Both the position numbers and the translations under genes were made by a program. A stretch of DNA of 64,000 bases from an uncultured virus (IMG/VR IMGVR_UViG_3300049460_000369) (Duplodnaviria; Heunggongvirae; Uroviricota; Caudoviricetes), in the IMG/VR virus record IMGVR_UViG_3300049460_000369; one strand, written 5' to 3'. Shown one piece after another: positions 35,443-45,043 of this stretch. How positions within the stretch are numbered: position 1 is the first letter of the stretch; each line of letters begins with the position of its first letter. The notes under the pieces were generated by a model. It ran no database searches and was not told where the DNA came from. It worked only from the letters and a program-made list of their open reading frames with translations.

Positions 35443-35790
35443 ATGAAAATAGCCCGCGGTGCAACACGACTCGTATTCTTGACTCGTACTCGGGCATATA
35501 AGATCCCAACTTTCAGTTCATGGAAGTTGTTCCTCAACGGCCTCTTAGCCAACATACAAGAACACGAATTTGGCACACTGGGATGGGAAGGTTTCTGCCC
35601 AGTGTTATGGTCAATCCCAGGTGGCTTTTTGGTCACTATGCCACGTGCTGAACCCATTACGGATTATGACTGGGAAGGCTTTGATGCTGACCACTTCATA
35701 CATCGTCCCCATTACACAATCCCCGCTGAACTAAAGCAAAGCAGCTTTGGCTTCCTTGACGGCGAGATAGTAGCCGTCGACTACGGCTAA
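35443..35790 (+). CDS. miniature kinase-like hypothetical protein
   Basis: GATR.V...AYKIP...ELK..SFG...VAVDYG. Confidence 0.5.
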   Translation: MKIARGATRLVFLTRTRAYKIPTFSSWKLFLNGLLANIQEHEFGTLGWEGFCPVLWSIPGGFLVTMPRAEPITDYDWEGFDADHFIHRPHYTIPAELKQSSFGFLDGEIVAVDYG

Positions 35791-35861
35791 CTTGATACAT
35801 TGCTCGTTGCAAAACTGGCACCACTGTGTATCATATGGCATCAATACTATTTGGCGCCATC

Positions 35862-36293
35862 ATGAAATTATATGTACCAGAAATCGGCGATGAACTGACC
35901 ATCGAACAAGACTGGCATTTTGATCTGCATTACGAAGAACGAAATGCTAGCCTCTACGCCCACCTGGGTTTTACTGATGTTGCACTGAAACTGGGCTCGT
36001 ACTCATGGAATACTAAAGATCCATTGCCAACCTCGGTGGCATTACCTGCGGGCACTATTCTGAAAGTTGAACGCATCTACATCCGCAAAGGGCAAGATGA
36101 TTTCAATAGCATGACCTTTGTGGTCCCCGGAATTAAGGTGGCGGTGCCATTTCCCCACCGGGAATATCCCAAGGTCAATGGTAAACCAGATTACAGCGCC
36201 AAGATTATTGAAACTGTTCAGACCAAGAATCGCCCATTACGTTTCTGGGTGAAGCTGGAAGACGCAAACAAAATCGAATTCACAAAACCATAA
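35862..36293 (+). CDS. hypothetical protein
   Basis: LYVPEIGD...W.F.LHYE.RN...RIYIRKG...FWVKL. Confidence 0.75.
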   Translation: MKLYVPEIGDELTIEQDWHFDLHYEERNASLYAHLGFTDVALKLGSYSWNTKDPLPTSVALPAGTILKVERIYIRKGQDDFNSMTFVVPGIKVAVPFPHREYPKVNGKPDYSAKIIETVQTKNRPLRFWVKLEDANKIEFTKP

Positions 36294-36300
36294 AAAGAAC

Positions 36301-36504
36301 ATGACCTATAATAAAAAGAACTTCAATGTCGACGATCGTGTGGTAATTGTTGCAACAAACGGCATCCTGGATGGGATGACTGGTAGTGTGCTGGCAAAAA
36401 TGGCAACGCCAAGTATCACCGATGACTATATCGTGGCTTACGACTTGCCAGTAAATGGTCAAAAGGCACTTGTGATCACCGAAGCTTGCTTGGAGGCCGT
36501 ATAA
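36301..36504 (+). CDS. small KOW/SH3-like hypothetical protein
   Basis: FNVDDRVVI...GMTGSV. Confidence 0.6.
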   Translation: MTYNKKNFNVDDRVVIVATNGILDGMTGSVLAKMATPSITDDYIVAYDLPVNGQKALVITEACLEAV

Positions 36505-37394
36505 TGGTTTGCGTAACTAAGAAACTCGTTGAGCAAAAGCTCATCGCGCCACCTGCCTTCGTACATGAAAATCTCGCCTATGAAACTCTCATGGGCTCGC
36601 AAAGCTATGGCGTAAGTTCAGACGACAGTGACTGGGATATCTACGGCTTCTGTGTACCAGAAAAGGAATTGGTTTTCCCACATTTGAGTGGTGAGATTCT
36701 GGGCTTTGGCCGTCAAGTGCAAGCATTTGGTCAGTATCAGGAACATCATGTGATGAGTATGGATGGTCAGAAAGAGTATGACATCCAGATCTTCAACATC
36801 GTGAAGTTCTTCCAACTGGCAATGGACAACAACCCGAACATCGTGGACTCATTGTTCACGCCTGATCGTTGCATCCTGCACTCAAACAACATCGGCAAGA
36901 TGGTTCGCGATCAACGCGAGATCTTCCTGCATAAAGGCTCATGGCACAAGTTTAAAGGCTATGCCTACAGTCAACTGAGTAAAATTGGACAGAAGGCCAA
37001 TGCCCAAAATCCAAAGCGCCAGGCGTCTATTGTTGAGTTTGGCTACGACGTGAAATTTGCATACCATGTTGTTCGTCTCTTGGATGAATGCGAGCAGATT
37101 TTGATGTCGGGTACTCTGAACCTGGAACAGAATCGCGAACAGCTCAAGAGTATTCGCCGGGGCGAATGGACGCTCCAGGAGATCAACGATCACTTTGCCA
37201 AGAAGGAAAAAGATCTCGAGTCTCTGTACCATTCAAGTTCTTTGCGTTATAGTCCTGACGAAAGCCAGATCAAAGCGCTGTTGCTGCAATGTCTGGAAGA
37301 ACAATACGGTTCATTGAGTGACTTGATTCAGAAAGAGAATCGCACACAAGATATGATCCGCGATATCGAAGCAACTTTGGCAAAATACAAATGA
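36504..37394 (+). CDS. Pol-beta-superfamily nucleotidyltransferase (RlaP/PF10127-like)
   Basis: GSQSYG...SDWDIYG, NPN.VD.LF, YDVKFAYH.VRL, LK.IR.G. Confidence 0.85.
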   Translation: MVCVTKKLVEQKLIAPPAFVHENLAYETLMGSQSYGVSSDDSDWDIYGFCVPEKELVFPHLSGEILGFGRQVQAFGQYQEHHVMSMDGQKEYDIQIFNIVKFFQLAMDNNPNIVDSLFTPDRCILHSNNIGKMVRDQREIFLHKGSWHKFKGYAYSQLSKIGQKANAQNPKRQASIVEFGYDVKFAYHVVRLLDECEQILMSGTLNLEQNREQLKSIRRGEWTLQEINDHFAKKEKDLESLYHSSSLRYSPDESQIKALLLQCLEEQYGSLSDLIQKENRTQDMIRDIEATLAKYK

Positions 37395-37885
37395 TCACCA
37401 ACACCGAATTCGAACACGAAGGACAAATCATCAAGGCCACCATTAATCATGGTGACCAATACTGGCCATTCAAACTGGCGGAGATTGAAGAAACGAAAAA
37501 TTGCATCTACGTGGGCGAGTTCGCGTTGAACAATGGTGCAGGCTGGAGTGAATCACCATATGCGGTCTTCTACCAACTTGAACCGGCGGAAGGCCATAGC
37601 GACCACTTTGGCTTGACCGTGCGTGGCGAATACACGTACATCACGAGTGCGCAGTCTGCGGTTGATACTGAATTCATTGGTATGATGTCCAAGGATGGTG
37701 AAATAGTATACAGCCGCTTCCGTCACGACTACCGCCTGAGTACTGACGGTAACGTTATGGTCGATGGTGGCCGCGACTATCTGAAAACAAATGGCCGTGG
37801 GCGTGCTGTACGGCTTAAAATTGTCAATGACGAAGTCAAAGTGCTTGGCTTTGTCAAATACGATGAAGACGGAAATGTTATCTAA
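37391..37885 (+). CDS. phage hypothetical protein
   Basis: YSRFRHDY...VDGGRDY. Confidence 0.75.
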   Translation: MITNTEFEHEGQIIKATINHGDQYWPFKLAEIEETKNCIYVGEFALNNGAGWSESPYAVFYQLEPAEGHSDHFGLTVRGEYTYITSAQSAVDTEFIGMMSKDGEIVYSRFRHDYRLSTDGNVMVDGGRDYLKTNGRGRAVRLKIVNDEVKVLGFVKYDEDGNVI

Positions 37886-38477
37886 CACGTCGACTATCAA
37901 CTCGAGCTTTGCCGATTATCCTTTGATTGATTGGCAACTGCTCATGCAGGCGTCCCAATACTTCACAGGGTTGGACTATAAGCAAGTTGAGGTGCCGTGG
38001 ATCGTCCCAGAAAGCTTGACTCAGGACACCAAGCCACATGACAATCGCTCATTCGTTATGACGTCTGACATGTTCAAATACCAACCACATGAATTGGTTG
38101 GTTCGGCGGAGCAAGGTTTCATATACGCACTGGCAAACAAAGAGATCAAGCCAGGAGCGTATTGGTCGATCTCGCCGTGTTTCCGGTATGATGCATACGA
38201 TGCTTTGCATTTCCCTTGGTTCATGAAGCTCGAGCTGTGTGTGATTCCAAAACCAGAACAGGACAAGGCCACATTGTTGAAGACATTAATTCAACACTGC
38301 ATGGACCTGTATACTAGTTTCGGTGAAGTGCCCACCCTGGTCCCAATTGGTGATACCTTTGACATTGAAATCAATGGCGACGAGGTTGGATCGTATGGCA
38401 TTCGTGAGATAACCGAAACCCCTTATATCTACGGCACGGGCTTGGCCTTGCCACGTTTTAGCATAGCGAGACGTTAA
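37875..38477 (+). CDS. minimal class II aminoacyl-tRNA synthetase catalytic-domain protein (PylRS/PheRS-alpha/EpmA-like)
   Basis: Motif 1 YF..LDYKQVEVPW.V, motif 2 SPCFR.D..D.LH...FMKLEL, GDTFDIEING.EVGS, motif 3 YGTGLALPRF; no anticodon-binding domain. Confidence 0.75.
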   Translation: MLSNTSTINSSFADYPLIDWQLLMQASQYFTGLDYKQVEVPWIVPESLTQDTKPHDNRSFVMTSDMFKYQPHELVGSAEQGFIYALANKEIKPGAYWSISPCFRYDAYDALHFPWFMKLELCVIPKPEQDKATLLKTLIQHCMDLYTSFGEVPTLVPIGDTFDIEINGDEVGSYGIREITETPYIYGTGLALPRFSIARR

Positions 38478-38923
38478 TGAATCAAGAACTAACAACACAG
38501 TTGACTGAGAAATATCCAAAGCTGTTCAGCAAGACCCAAGGCATCTACTGCGGCGATGGCTGGTATAATCTGATCGACATCATGTGCAATCTGATCCAAG
38601 GCTATGCGAATCGTAACAATACTGATCCAACATCGCAAATGGTCTTCGTGCAGATCAAAGAAAAGTTTGGCACCCTGAACGTCTACTATCAGAGCGCTGG
38701 CAATCACGAATATGTGAAAGGCGTTACTGCCTTTGCTGAACGCATGAGTGCTGAAGTATGCGAAGTGTCCGGTGAAAAGGGGGCATTGCATCGTACCAAA
38801 AATGGCTGGGCAAAAACATTGTCACCCACGGTAGCAAGTGAAATGCTCGCTACCTTAATCGTTCGGCCGGGTTCAGTGGTGGACACCGTCGCCACACCTA
38901 ACGCCGAACAACCAGCACAGTAA
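38477..38923 (+). CDS. phage hypothetical protein
   Basis: CGDGW..LI...QIKEKFGTL..Y...AE.MS..CE..G. Confidence 0.75.
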   Translation: MNQELTTQLTEKYPKLFSKTQGIYCGDGWYNLIDIMCNLIQGYANRNNTDPTSQMVFVQIKEKFGTLNVYYQSAGNHEYVKGVTAFAERMSAEVCEVSGEKGALHRTKNGWAKTLSPTVASEMLATLIVRPGSVVDTVATPNAEQPAQ

Positions 38924-38928
38924 AGATC

Positions 38929-39285
38929 ATGCAAGTCTTCCACGACGAGTTCATAACCATGGGTGATGTCGCAGATCCTCAAATTGGCGAGAGTATCTGG
39001 GCATGGAATGATCGCACGAAAAATTATTATCCAAACAAACGTAATCCAACGGATATGACACGCATATGGTCGAGTTGTTTGATGGTGCCGAATGCCATGG
39101 ATAAGATCCGAAACTCTGAAGAATGGCAAAGTCATCAGAACAATAACGAACATATTATGACTTGGTGTGATTTGGTATTCTTCTCCGACGATGGCGAACT
39201 TGCAATGTTCAAGCTGCAATTTCATGAACACATTGAAGCCATGCGGATACTGGTAAGACAAACTTTCAAATACGTGAACCGATGA
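38929..39285 (+). CDS. FKL-motif paralog family member
   Basis: FSDDGELAMFKLQF. Confidence 0.7.
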   Translation: MQVFHDEFITMGDVADPQIGESIWAWNDRTKNYYPNKRNPTDMTRIWSSCLMVPNAMDKIRNSEEWQSHQNNNEHIMTWCDLVFFSDDGELAMFKLQFHEHIEAMRILVRQTFKYVNR

Positions 39286-39644
39286 AATCAATTGACATCA
39301 TGTTACTGACTCGTCATGAAGGCGAGAACTTTGAAGCCTGGAAGAAACGCTTCCGCGTCTTCATGGGCTATGACCCCAAGGATCAAGATATTGCCTTTGC
39401 ACCATTTCCCATGGTCAAACTACCAGCATGCACCTCACAAGAACGTTTTCGTTGGTGTATGGCAAATGTTGGCATGTACAAATTCCATGAAGTGTCGACG
39501 AATTTTCACAACTATGGATATACCCATAAGCTATGGGTATTCGATGATGAAACAGATTGTGTGATGTTCAAATTGCGTTGGCTCAATACTCGGGAAGACA
39601 CCAACTATCAGTTTGATCCCAAAGACGCCTCGTCATCCTACTGA
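39282..39644 (+). CDS. FKL-motif paralog family member
   Basis: FRWCMAN...FDDETDCVMFKLRW. Confidence 0.75.
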   Translation: MKSIDIMLLTRHEGENFEAWKKRFRVFMGYDPKDQDIAFAPFPMVKLPACTSQERFRWCMANVGMYKFHEVSTNFHNYGYTHKLWVFDDETDCVMFKLRWLNTREDTNYQFDPKDASSSY

Positions 39645-39699
39645 AATTCTCAACGGATTCATCCTAGCCATGCTATAATGAACTTCACAGGAGGTTCAT

Positions 39700-40023
39700 A
39701 TGAGTATGGAAAAGCAAATGTCATTCATGCCACAGCCCAACGAACAGATAAGCGTTTGGGCCGGGCGCTTCTTGCAGCGGTTCAAGATCATGCCGTATGA
39801 TCAACACTTGGCGGCCCCTGGTATGCCATGGGTATCTGTAACCGTCGCTAGCAATTCAGATGGTAAAGAGCAGACTGCATTGCTCCATCGCACTCTGCAA
39901 TTCTTGGCTGAGAAATATCCAGAAGATGTGGCGGCTCCATATGTGTGGACAGGCAAATCTGTATTCTGGTTTACCGACTATGACGAGGCCGTAGTGTTCA
40001 AACTCGCACTGCCCAATATATGA
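39700..40023 (+). CDS. FKL-motif paralog family member
   Basis: FTDYDEAVVFKLAL. Confidence 0.75.
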   Translation: MSMEKQMSFMPQPNEQISVWAGRFLQRFKIMPYDQHLAAPGMPWVSVTVASNSDGKEQTALLHRTLQFLAEKYPEDVAAPYVWTGKSVFWFTDYDEAVVFKLALPNI

Positions 40024-40313
40024 AACCAAAACTGCACAACTGGATTGCCCAGTATCGAGAAGATAATGCGGGTAGCTTGCCCCCAAATCACAAGTTGGTT
40101 ACCGCTGGCTATACGAGCTTCTTGCTCAATCATGGCCATCCGTTGACTGATATACTGCTGGAATGGTTGCTGGAAAACCTTGAATACGAAGACTACTTCG
40201 TGATTCCATTCCTGGCCTACAAGTCGGTAATCTTCGACGATGAACGTCATATGGTTACGTTAAAACTGGCAAACGGTGAAGCATTGGGAAAAGACCCAGT
40301 ACCAGGTTTGTAG
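40020..40313 (+). CDS. FKL-motif paralog family member
   Basis: LEWLLEN...FDDERHMVTLKL. Confidence 0.7.
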   Translation: MKPKLHNWIAQYREDNAGSLPPNHKLVTAGYTSFLLNHGHPLTDILLEWLLENLEYEDYFVIPFLAYKSVIFDDERHMVTLKLANGEALGKDPVPGL

Positions 40314-40374
40314 TTGGCAAAGTGGCACTTTACTGTCAAGTGGTGCCACTTTAAAATAACTCCATATTAACTCT

Positions 40375-40743
40375 ATGGAGTGCCAAATGTTTCGCACCAA
40401 GATTGTCACACGTGACCCCAAGGATTCAATCTCATCTTGGGCCGGTCGTTTTGACCGCGTGACTGGCTCTCCTCCCCTGATCCATGATGCTGAAGCTGCT
40501 GGCTTCCCATCCACCGCGATCAAAGTTGGCTTCTCGATGCTCTATCGAAGCGAAATCAACAAGCTGAAAGCCAAGCTCACCGAATGGTGTGAATCCTCGT
40601 TGCCCTTGGCCGACTTCTTCGTTGGCACTTATGACGAAGGCGTGGTCCTGATGTTCACAGACGAATCGCACATGATGCTATTCAAGCTGTGTCACTCGGA
40701 TGAATACACGATCGGACTCCATTCAATTGGCAACATCAAATGA
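40375..40743 (+). CDS. FKL-motif paralog family member
   Basis: LTEWCE...FTDESHMMLFKL; N-terminal IS.WAGRF shared with 39700. Confidence 0.75.
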   Translation: MECQMFRTKIVTRDPKDSISSWAGRFDRVTGSPPLIHDAEAAGFPSTAIKVGFSMLYRSEINKLKAKLTEWCESSLPLADFFVGTYDEGVVLMFTDESHMMLFKLCHSDEYTIGLHSIGNIK

Positions 40744-40805
40744 ACAAAAAGTCTTGCACTCTGGTAAGTTTTTCAGTATACTAGGTGCTTGATAAGAGGA
40801 TTCAT

Positions 40806-41381
40806 ATGCTTGAACTTGCAGAACAACCAACAATAATTGTACCGACCGAGCAGCCATTCGTCCGTATCTTCCAGGATAAGGATGGTTGTTTGTCCGACTT
40901 CCTGAAAGGCTTTTGGAATCTGTTCAAAAAGGATTTCGACGCGCTGCCCATCGGCGTGGCCTGGAAGCTGATCAATAGCGTGCCAAAGTTCTACGCCACG
41001 CTCCCCCACATGGCAGACGTCGATATCTACTGGAAGGAAGCACGCAAGTATAGGCCGACGATCTTGACCGGTTGCCCACCTGCAAACTTCGAGATCCACA
41101 AAGCTGCCAAGTTGGAATGGCACGCAGACAACCACTACCTGAGCGATGGTAGCGTGTTCCTGCGCGACACTGAAGAAATTGTGTGCTTGACCAAAGACAA
41201 GCCACTGCACATGGTCAACCCAGGCGACATTCTGGTCGATGACACGTTGAAAAACTGTCAAAAATGGAAAGACGCCGGTGGCCGTGCAATTCACTTCAAA
41301 CATGCTCGTCAAGCGGCTGCTGAACTGCGCGATCTGGTCACCGAACTGAAAGCACAAGGTCATCGCTTCAATGATGACTAA
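40806..41381 (+). CDS. HAD-superfamily 5'(3')-deoxyribonucleotidase-like
   Basis: FQDKDGCLSDF, ILTG, K..W, ILVDD..KN...W..AGG. Confidence 0.85.
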   Translation: MLELAEQPTIIVPTEQPFVRIFQDKDGCLSDFLKGFWNLFKKDFDALPIGVAWKLINSVPKFYATLPHMADVDIYWKEARKYRPTILTGCPPANFEIHKAAKLEWHADNHYLSDGSVFLRDTEEIVCLTKDKPLHMVNPGDILVDDTLKNCQKWKDAGGRAIHFKHARQAAAELRDLVTELKAQGHRFNDD

Positions 41382-41598
41382 AGTCTGGGCGTGGTTGCTT
41401 GCCCGCACCAGCATGGAGATCAATATCTTCCAGCTGGTGGTGTGGCTCCCATGTTGTGCGGTGGGTTGTATTGCCATCGCCAATGTCAACATCCACCTGC
41501 AACTCTACCAATTCATGTTGTTTGCATTGGTGCTCACTTATGTGTTCTTCCTGCCGTTGATTTTCGACTGTGTGAAAGACTATCTGAAGTCGAAATAA
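41371..41598 (+). CDS. small membrane protein
   Basis: Two hydrophobic segments. Confidence 0.55.
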   Translation: MMTKVWAWLLARTSMEINIFQLVVWLPCCAVGCIAIANVNIHLQLYQFMLFALVLTYVFFLPLIFDCVKDYLKSK

Positions 41599-41655
41599 TT
41601 TTCTTGCGAGTGGCACCGAGACGCCGTATTCTTATGGTTTTAAGGTACCACTTGC

Positions 41656-42777
41656 ATGAAAATCGAAAATGAAATCAAGCTCGACTTCAAAGATGTCTTG
41701 ATTCGCCCACAACGTAGTTCCTTGGTAAGCCGCTCAGAAGTCTCCATCGAGCGCACATTCACCTTCAAACACTCGCCACAGACGTGGACCGGCATTCCTA
41801 TCGTGGCCGCAAACATGGACACGGTTGGTACTCTGAACATGCACAACGCACTCCATCAGCACACTATGCTTACTGCACTGCATAAGCACTACAGCGTGGA
41901 AGAGCTGATTGCGCATTTCAGAACTCCAGGTGCTTCCCAATACAGCTTCTATAGCATGGGCATCGGCGCAGCCGACTACGACAAATTCCAGCACGTTTTC
42001 AATATGCTGAGTGAAGTCAAAAAAGCACCATCGACCAACCCAATCCAGATGGTATGCGTTGACGTGGCGAACGGTTACACGGATGCTTTCTCGACATTCA
42101 TTCGTCGTCTGCGTACTGACTACCCACATCTGGTCATCATGGCTGGTAATGTTGTCACCTACGAGATGACTCAAGAGTTGATTAATGCTGGTGCGGACAT
42201 CGTCAAGATTGGCATTGGTCCTGGTTCAGTATGCACCACTCGCAAGATGACTGGCGTGGGCTATCCGCAACTGAGTGCCATTATTGAATGTGCTGATGCT
42301 GCGCACGGCCTGAAGGCTCTGGTGTGTAGTGATGGTGGCTGTACGGTTCCTGGTGATATCGCAAAGGCTTTCGGCGCCAATGCTGACTTCGTGATGCTTG
42401 GTGGTATGCTGGCCGGGCATGACCAATCAGGCGGTGAACTGGATTCGCGTTGGATCAAGACCAATGAAGTGATTGTTGCCGACGGCAATGAACACGGCTG
42501 TCTGAGTGTTGAGCAGAAGTACAAGCGCTTCTACGGCATGTCCAGTGACACCGCGATGAACAAGCACAATGGCGGCGTGGCAAAGTATCGTGCCAGCGAA
42601 GGCAAGACTGTGGAGGTTCCTTATCGCGGCGACGTACAGGCGACAATCCAAGACGTTCTGGGCGGTCTCCGCAGTGCTTGCACCTACGTGGGCGCAGATA
42701 CCTTGAAGCATCTGAGCAAACGCACCACGTTCATTCGTGTGACTCAACAACTCAACGAAGTGTTCGGCAAGTCATGA
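41656..42777 (+). CDS. guaC: GMP reductase
   Basis: [55 protein letters not shown]. Confidence 0.95.
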   Translation: MKIENEIKLDFKDVLIRPQRSSLVSRSEVSIERTFTFKHSPQTWTGIPIVAANMDTVGTLNMHNALHQHTMLTALHKHYSVEELIAHFRTPGASQYSFYSMGIGAADYDKFQHVFNMLSEVKKAPSTNPIQMVCVDVANGYTDAFSTFIRRLRTDYPHLVIMAGNVVTYEMTQELINAGADIVKIGIGPGSVCTTRKMTGVGYPQLSAIIECADAAHGLKALVCSDGGCTVPGDIAKAFGANADFVMLGGMLAGHDQSGGELDSRWIKTNEVIVADGNEHGCLSVEQKYKRFYGMSSDTAMNKHNGGVAKYRASEGKTVEVPYRGDVQATIQDVLGGLRSACTYVGADTLKHLSKRTTFIRVTQQLNEVFGKS

Positions 42778-43043
42778 AAGCAAGAGACTGGTTGGATGGC
42801 AAGGCGGTAACGACTTGGTATAGTAAAACTGTAGATGATGCCAAGCTCATCTATCCGCACGTCAATATCAAGAACGGATTGAAAGGTCTTTCAACCAGTC
42901 TCTGGCAGGAAAAACTGATCGAAGAGATCATCGACCTTGAACCTGAGTGGGGATTCGAACGAGCGGATTGGTTCGTTATGGGTGGCTTTCTGTTCTGCAC
43001 GGATGAAAGTATCGCAGCAATGTTTAAAATGATGCAAACATGA
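42774..43043 (+). CDS. FKL-motif paralog family member
   Basis: DWF...[12 protein letters not shown]. Confidence 0.65.
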   Translation: MKARDWLDGKAVTTWYSKTVDDAKLIYPHVNIKNGLKGLSTSLWQEKLIEEIIDLEPEWGFERADWFVMGGFLFCTDESIAAMFKMMQT

Positions 43044-43324
43044 CAATGTCAATACGTCAGTGGATTTGGAAAGATCCAGACTATGTTTTGCGAATGGAGA
43101 AATACTATCGCACACCCAGACATTTGACTGATGCTGACCTCGATTTTCTGAATGAGAACTATCACATATTGATCAATGATCCACATCGTGATGACTGGTA
43201 TTCGGTTACGATGAAAGCCATAAGTCAAGTTGGAATTGATGGTATAGACTGGTGGTATGCCAATGGAGTGTTCGTGTTCACACATGAAAGCGACAAAGCA
43301 TTGGTGTATCTTACTACCAAATAG
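43040..43324 (+). CDS. FKL-motif paralog family member
   Basis: DWW...FTHESDKALVYL. Confidence 0.6.
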   Translation: MTMSIRQWIWKDPDYVLRMEKYYRTPRHLTDADLDFLNENYHILINDPHRDDWYSVTMKAISQVGIDGIDWWYANGVFVFTHESDKALVYLTTK

Positions 43325-43327
43325 TTG

Positions 43328-43356
43328 TTGACTTAATGAACCACTTGTCACATAAT
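43328..43356 (+). promoter_or_regulatory. sigma70-type promoter TTGACT-N17-CATAAT
   Basis: Spacer contains AATGAAC half-site. Confidence 0.6.
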
Positions 43357-43383
43357 GGCGTCACTTTACAACTAGGAGTAAGA

Positions 43384-43851
43384 ATGAAAAAGACTTTGAT
43401 GGTAATTGTACTGGCAGCAGTAGCACTGACCGGTTGCGTTGAACGAGGCACCGGCGAGAAAATGGGTGTTGTCACCAAACTGGCCAAGCAAGGCCTGTTC
43501 TGCAAAACCTGGGAAGCTGAAATTGTGCGCGGTGGTCTGGTCGGCGGTTCGGGCGTGAATGGCCAATCGTTCCACTTCACCATCGAAAACGACGACCTGG
43601 CGAAGAAGCTGCAAGACGCCATGGAAAACCAGAAAGAAGTGAAGATCGAATACCGCACCGAAGTGTTCACCTTCTGCCGTTCGGAAAGCGATGGCCACTT
43701 CCTGACCAAACTGGAAGTCGTCGAGCCCAAGAAAGCTGAAGCAGCAACGGGCGGCACCCCGGTTACCGGCAATCGCCTGGAACAGATCGCCGAGCTGCTG
43801 AAAGTTCAGGCCAAGATCCTGGAACTGATGAACAAACCAGACGTCAAGTAA
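43384..43851 (+). CDS. putative lipoprotein
   Basis: Lipobox LTGC after signal peptide; AGGAG RBS. Confidence 0.8.
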   Translation: MKKTLMVIVLAAVALTGCVERGTGEKMGVVTKLAKQGLFCKTWEAEIVRGGLVGGSGVNGQSFHFTIENDDLAKKLQDAMENQKEVKIEYRTEVFTFCRSESDGHFLTKLEVVEPKKAEAATGGTPVTGNRLEQIAELLKVQAKILELMNKPDVK

Positions 43852-43893
43852 GCGTCAACGCTCCAAAGAGGCCCGGCTCGTCCGGGCTTTTCT

Positions 43894-44262
43894 ATGACTG
43901 AATTATTTTCATTCACCGATATCAAGGTGATACACTATCGCCAATATATTGGCCAACCGCATCAAGTGTATTGCGCACGCACCAATGCCCATTACAAGCT
44001 CGTGGCATCGCCCCTGGCAAACATCTTCCACGCAGATACCGAATCAGACCGTGACCGCGTGTGTGACCTCTACGAGCAATACTTTGACGTTCAGGTAAAA
44101 CTACATGATAAACTGTTCATGGATGAACTTGAACGTCTATTGGCTTTATATTTGGAACACGGTAAACTGGAACTTATGTGCTGGTGCAAGCCAAAACGTT
44201 GCCATTGCGACACCATTCAACGCTACCTAGTTAATCGAATAAATGAACAAGCAATACTATGA
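43894..44262 (+). CDS. DUF4326-like protein
   Basis: VYCAR...SPLANIF...R..V...Y...L.CWCKPK.CH.D. Confidence 0.75.
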   Translation: MTELFSFTDIKVIHYRQYIGQPHQVYCARTNAHYKLVASPLANIFHADTESDRDRVCDLYEQYFDVQVKLHDKLFMDELERLLALYLEHGKLELMCWCKPKRCHCDTIQRYLVNRINEQAIL

Positions 44263-44461
44263 TGTGACCTTCAACGCCTTACAGGCTCATTTCCCTGAGC
44301 ACTATAGCCGTTTGATTGGCTTAGCTGACCAATTGGGGTTTCCAATAAACGATGTGACTGATTGGGTTCTTGCTTTATACTTGAAAGATCATACGATTGA
44401 CGAGGCCACCGACTCCGTTATTGCTGACCTGAGGTGGAGTATTATCTCAACCAGACGATAA
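44243..44461 (+). CDS. hypothetical protein
   Basis: Overlapping short ORF. Confidence 0.5.
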   Translation: MNKQYYDVTFNALQAHFPEHYSRLIGLADQLGFPINDVTDWVLALYLKDHTIDEATDSVIADLRWSIISTRR

Positions 44462-44813
44462 ACGATCCACCAGTTGATTCTATGTGAATCTTCCTGATGT
44501 GTAGTGACAATCGAGACGTTTGCATCCATGCAGGAAACTCTTGCCTAATCTGTCCACTCTTGCCCGTAATAATCCGCACAACACCATAGTTGTGATTCTG
44601 GAGCTCATCCAGAAGGGCCACCATATAACGATAAGCTCCCTCCACGGTAAACCCATGTAAGTCATGTGTGTGCGGCATCCATTCCGCATGCGGATAAGAT
44701 CGTACGACGCTTGGCTGACTGCTGGTGACGTCGGTGGGCATGTCTAACGAGGTCACACCCTTGACTGCTTCCTGCCAGATTACCAGGTCTTCCTTGGATA
44801 TATTTTGTGTCAT
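44442..44813 (-). CDS. Smr-domain endonuclease (SmrA/SmrB-like)
   Basis: D..IW...V.GV N-terminus; DLHGFTVE.A, IITGKSG, P.W, GGSF.V.LR. Confidence 0.8.
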   Translation of the reverse strand: MTQNISKEDLVIWQEAVKGVTSLDMPTDVTSSQPSVVRSYPHAEWMPHTHDLHGFTVEGAYRYMVALLDELQNHNYGVVRIITGKSGQIRQEFPAWMQTSRLSLHIRKIHIESTGGSFIVWLR

Positions 44814-44857
44814 GGCTAAATAATTATATACTGCTATAAACCATTTAGGATGGCACC

Positions 44858-45043
44858 GTGAAAGAGAAAATTCGAGTTCTCAAAACTATCTATTTGGATC
44901 CAGACCTGGATCATAAACTGACCGTTGAAGCATTTGATACCAATACACCAAAAGTCGAATTGTATAATCGATATTTGCGTCTTGGTATGGCTGAAGCAAA
45001 AAAGAGAAAACTTCGTAGACAGAAACTAAAATCTAATGAATGA
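44858..45043 (+). CDS. small ribbon-helix-helix-like protein
   Basis: KTIYLDPDLDHKL..EA...K.EL.NRYLRLG. Confidence 0.55.
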   Translation: MKEKIRVLKTIYLDPDLDHKLTVEAFDTNTPKVELYNRYLRLGMAEAKKRKLRRQKLKSNE

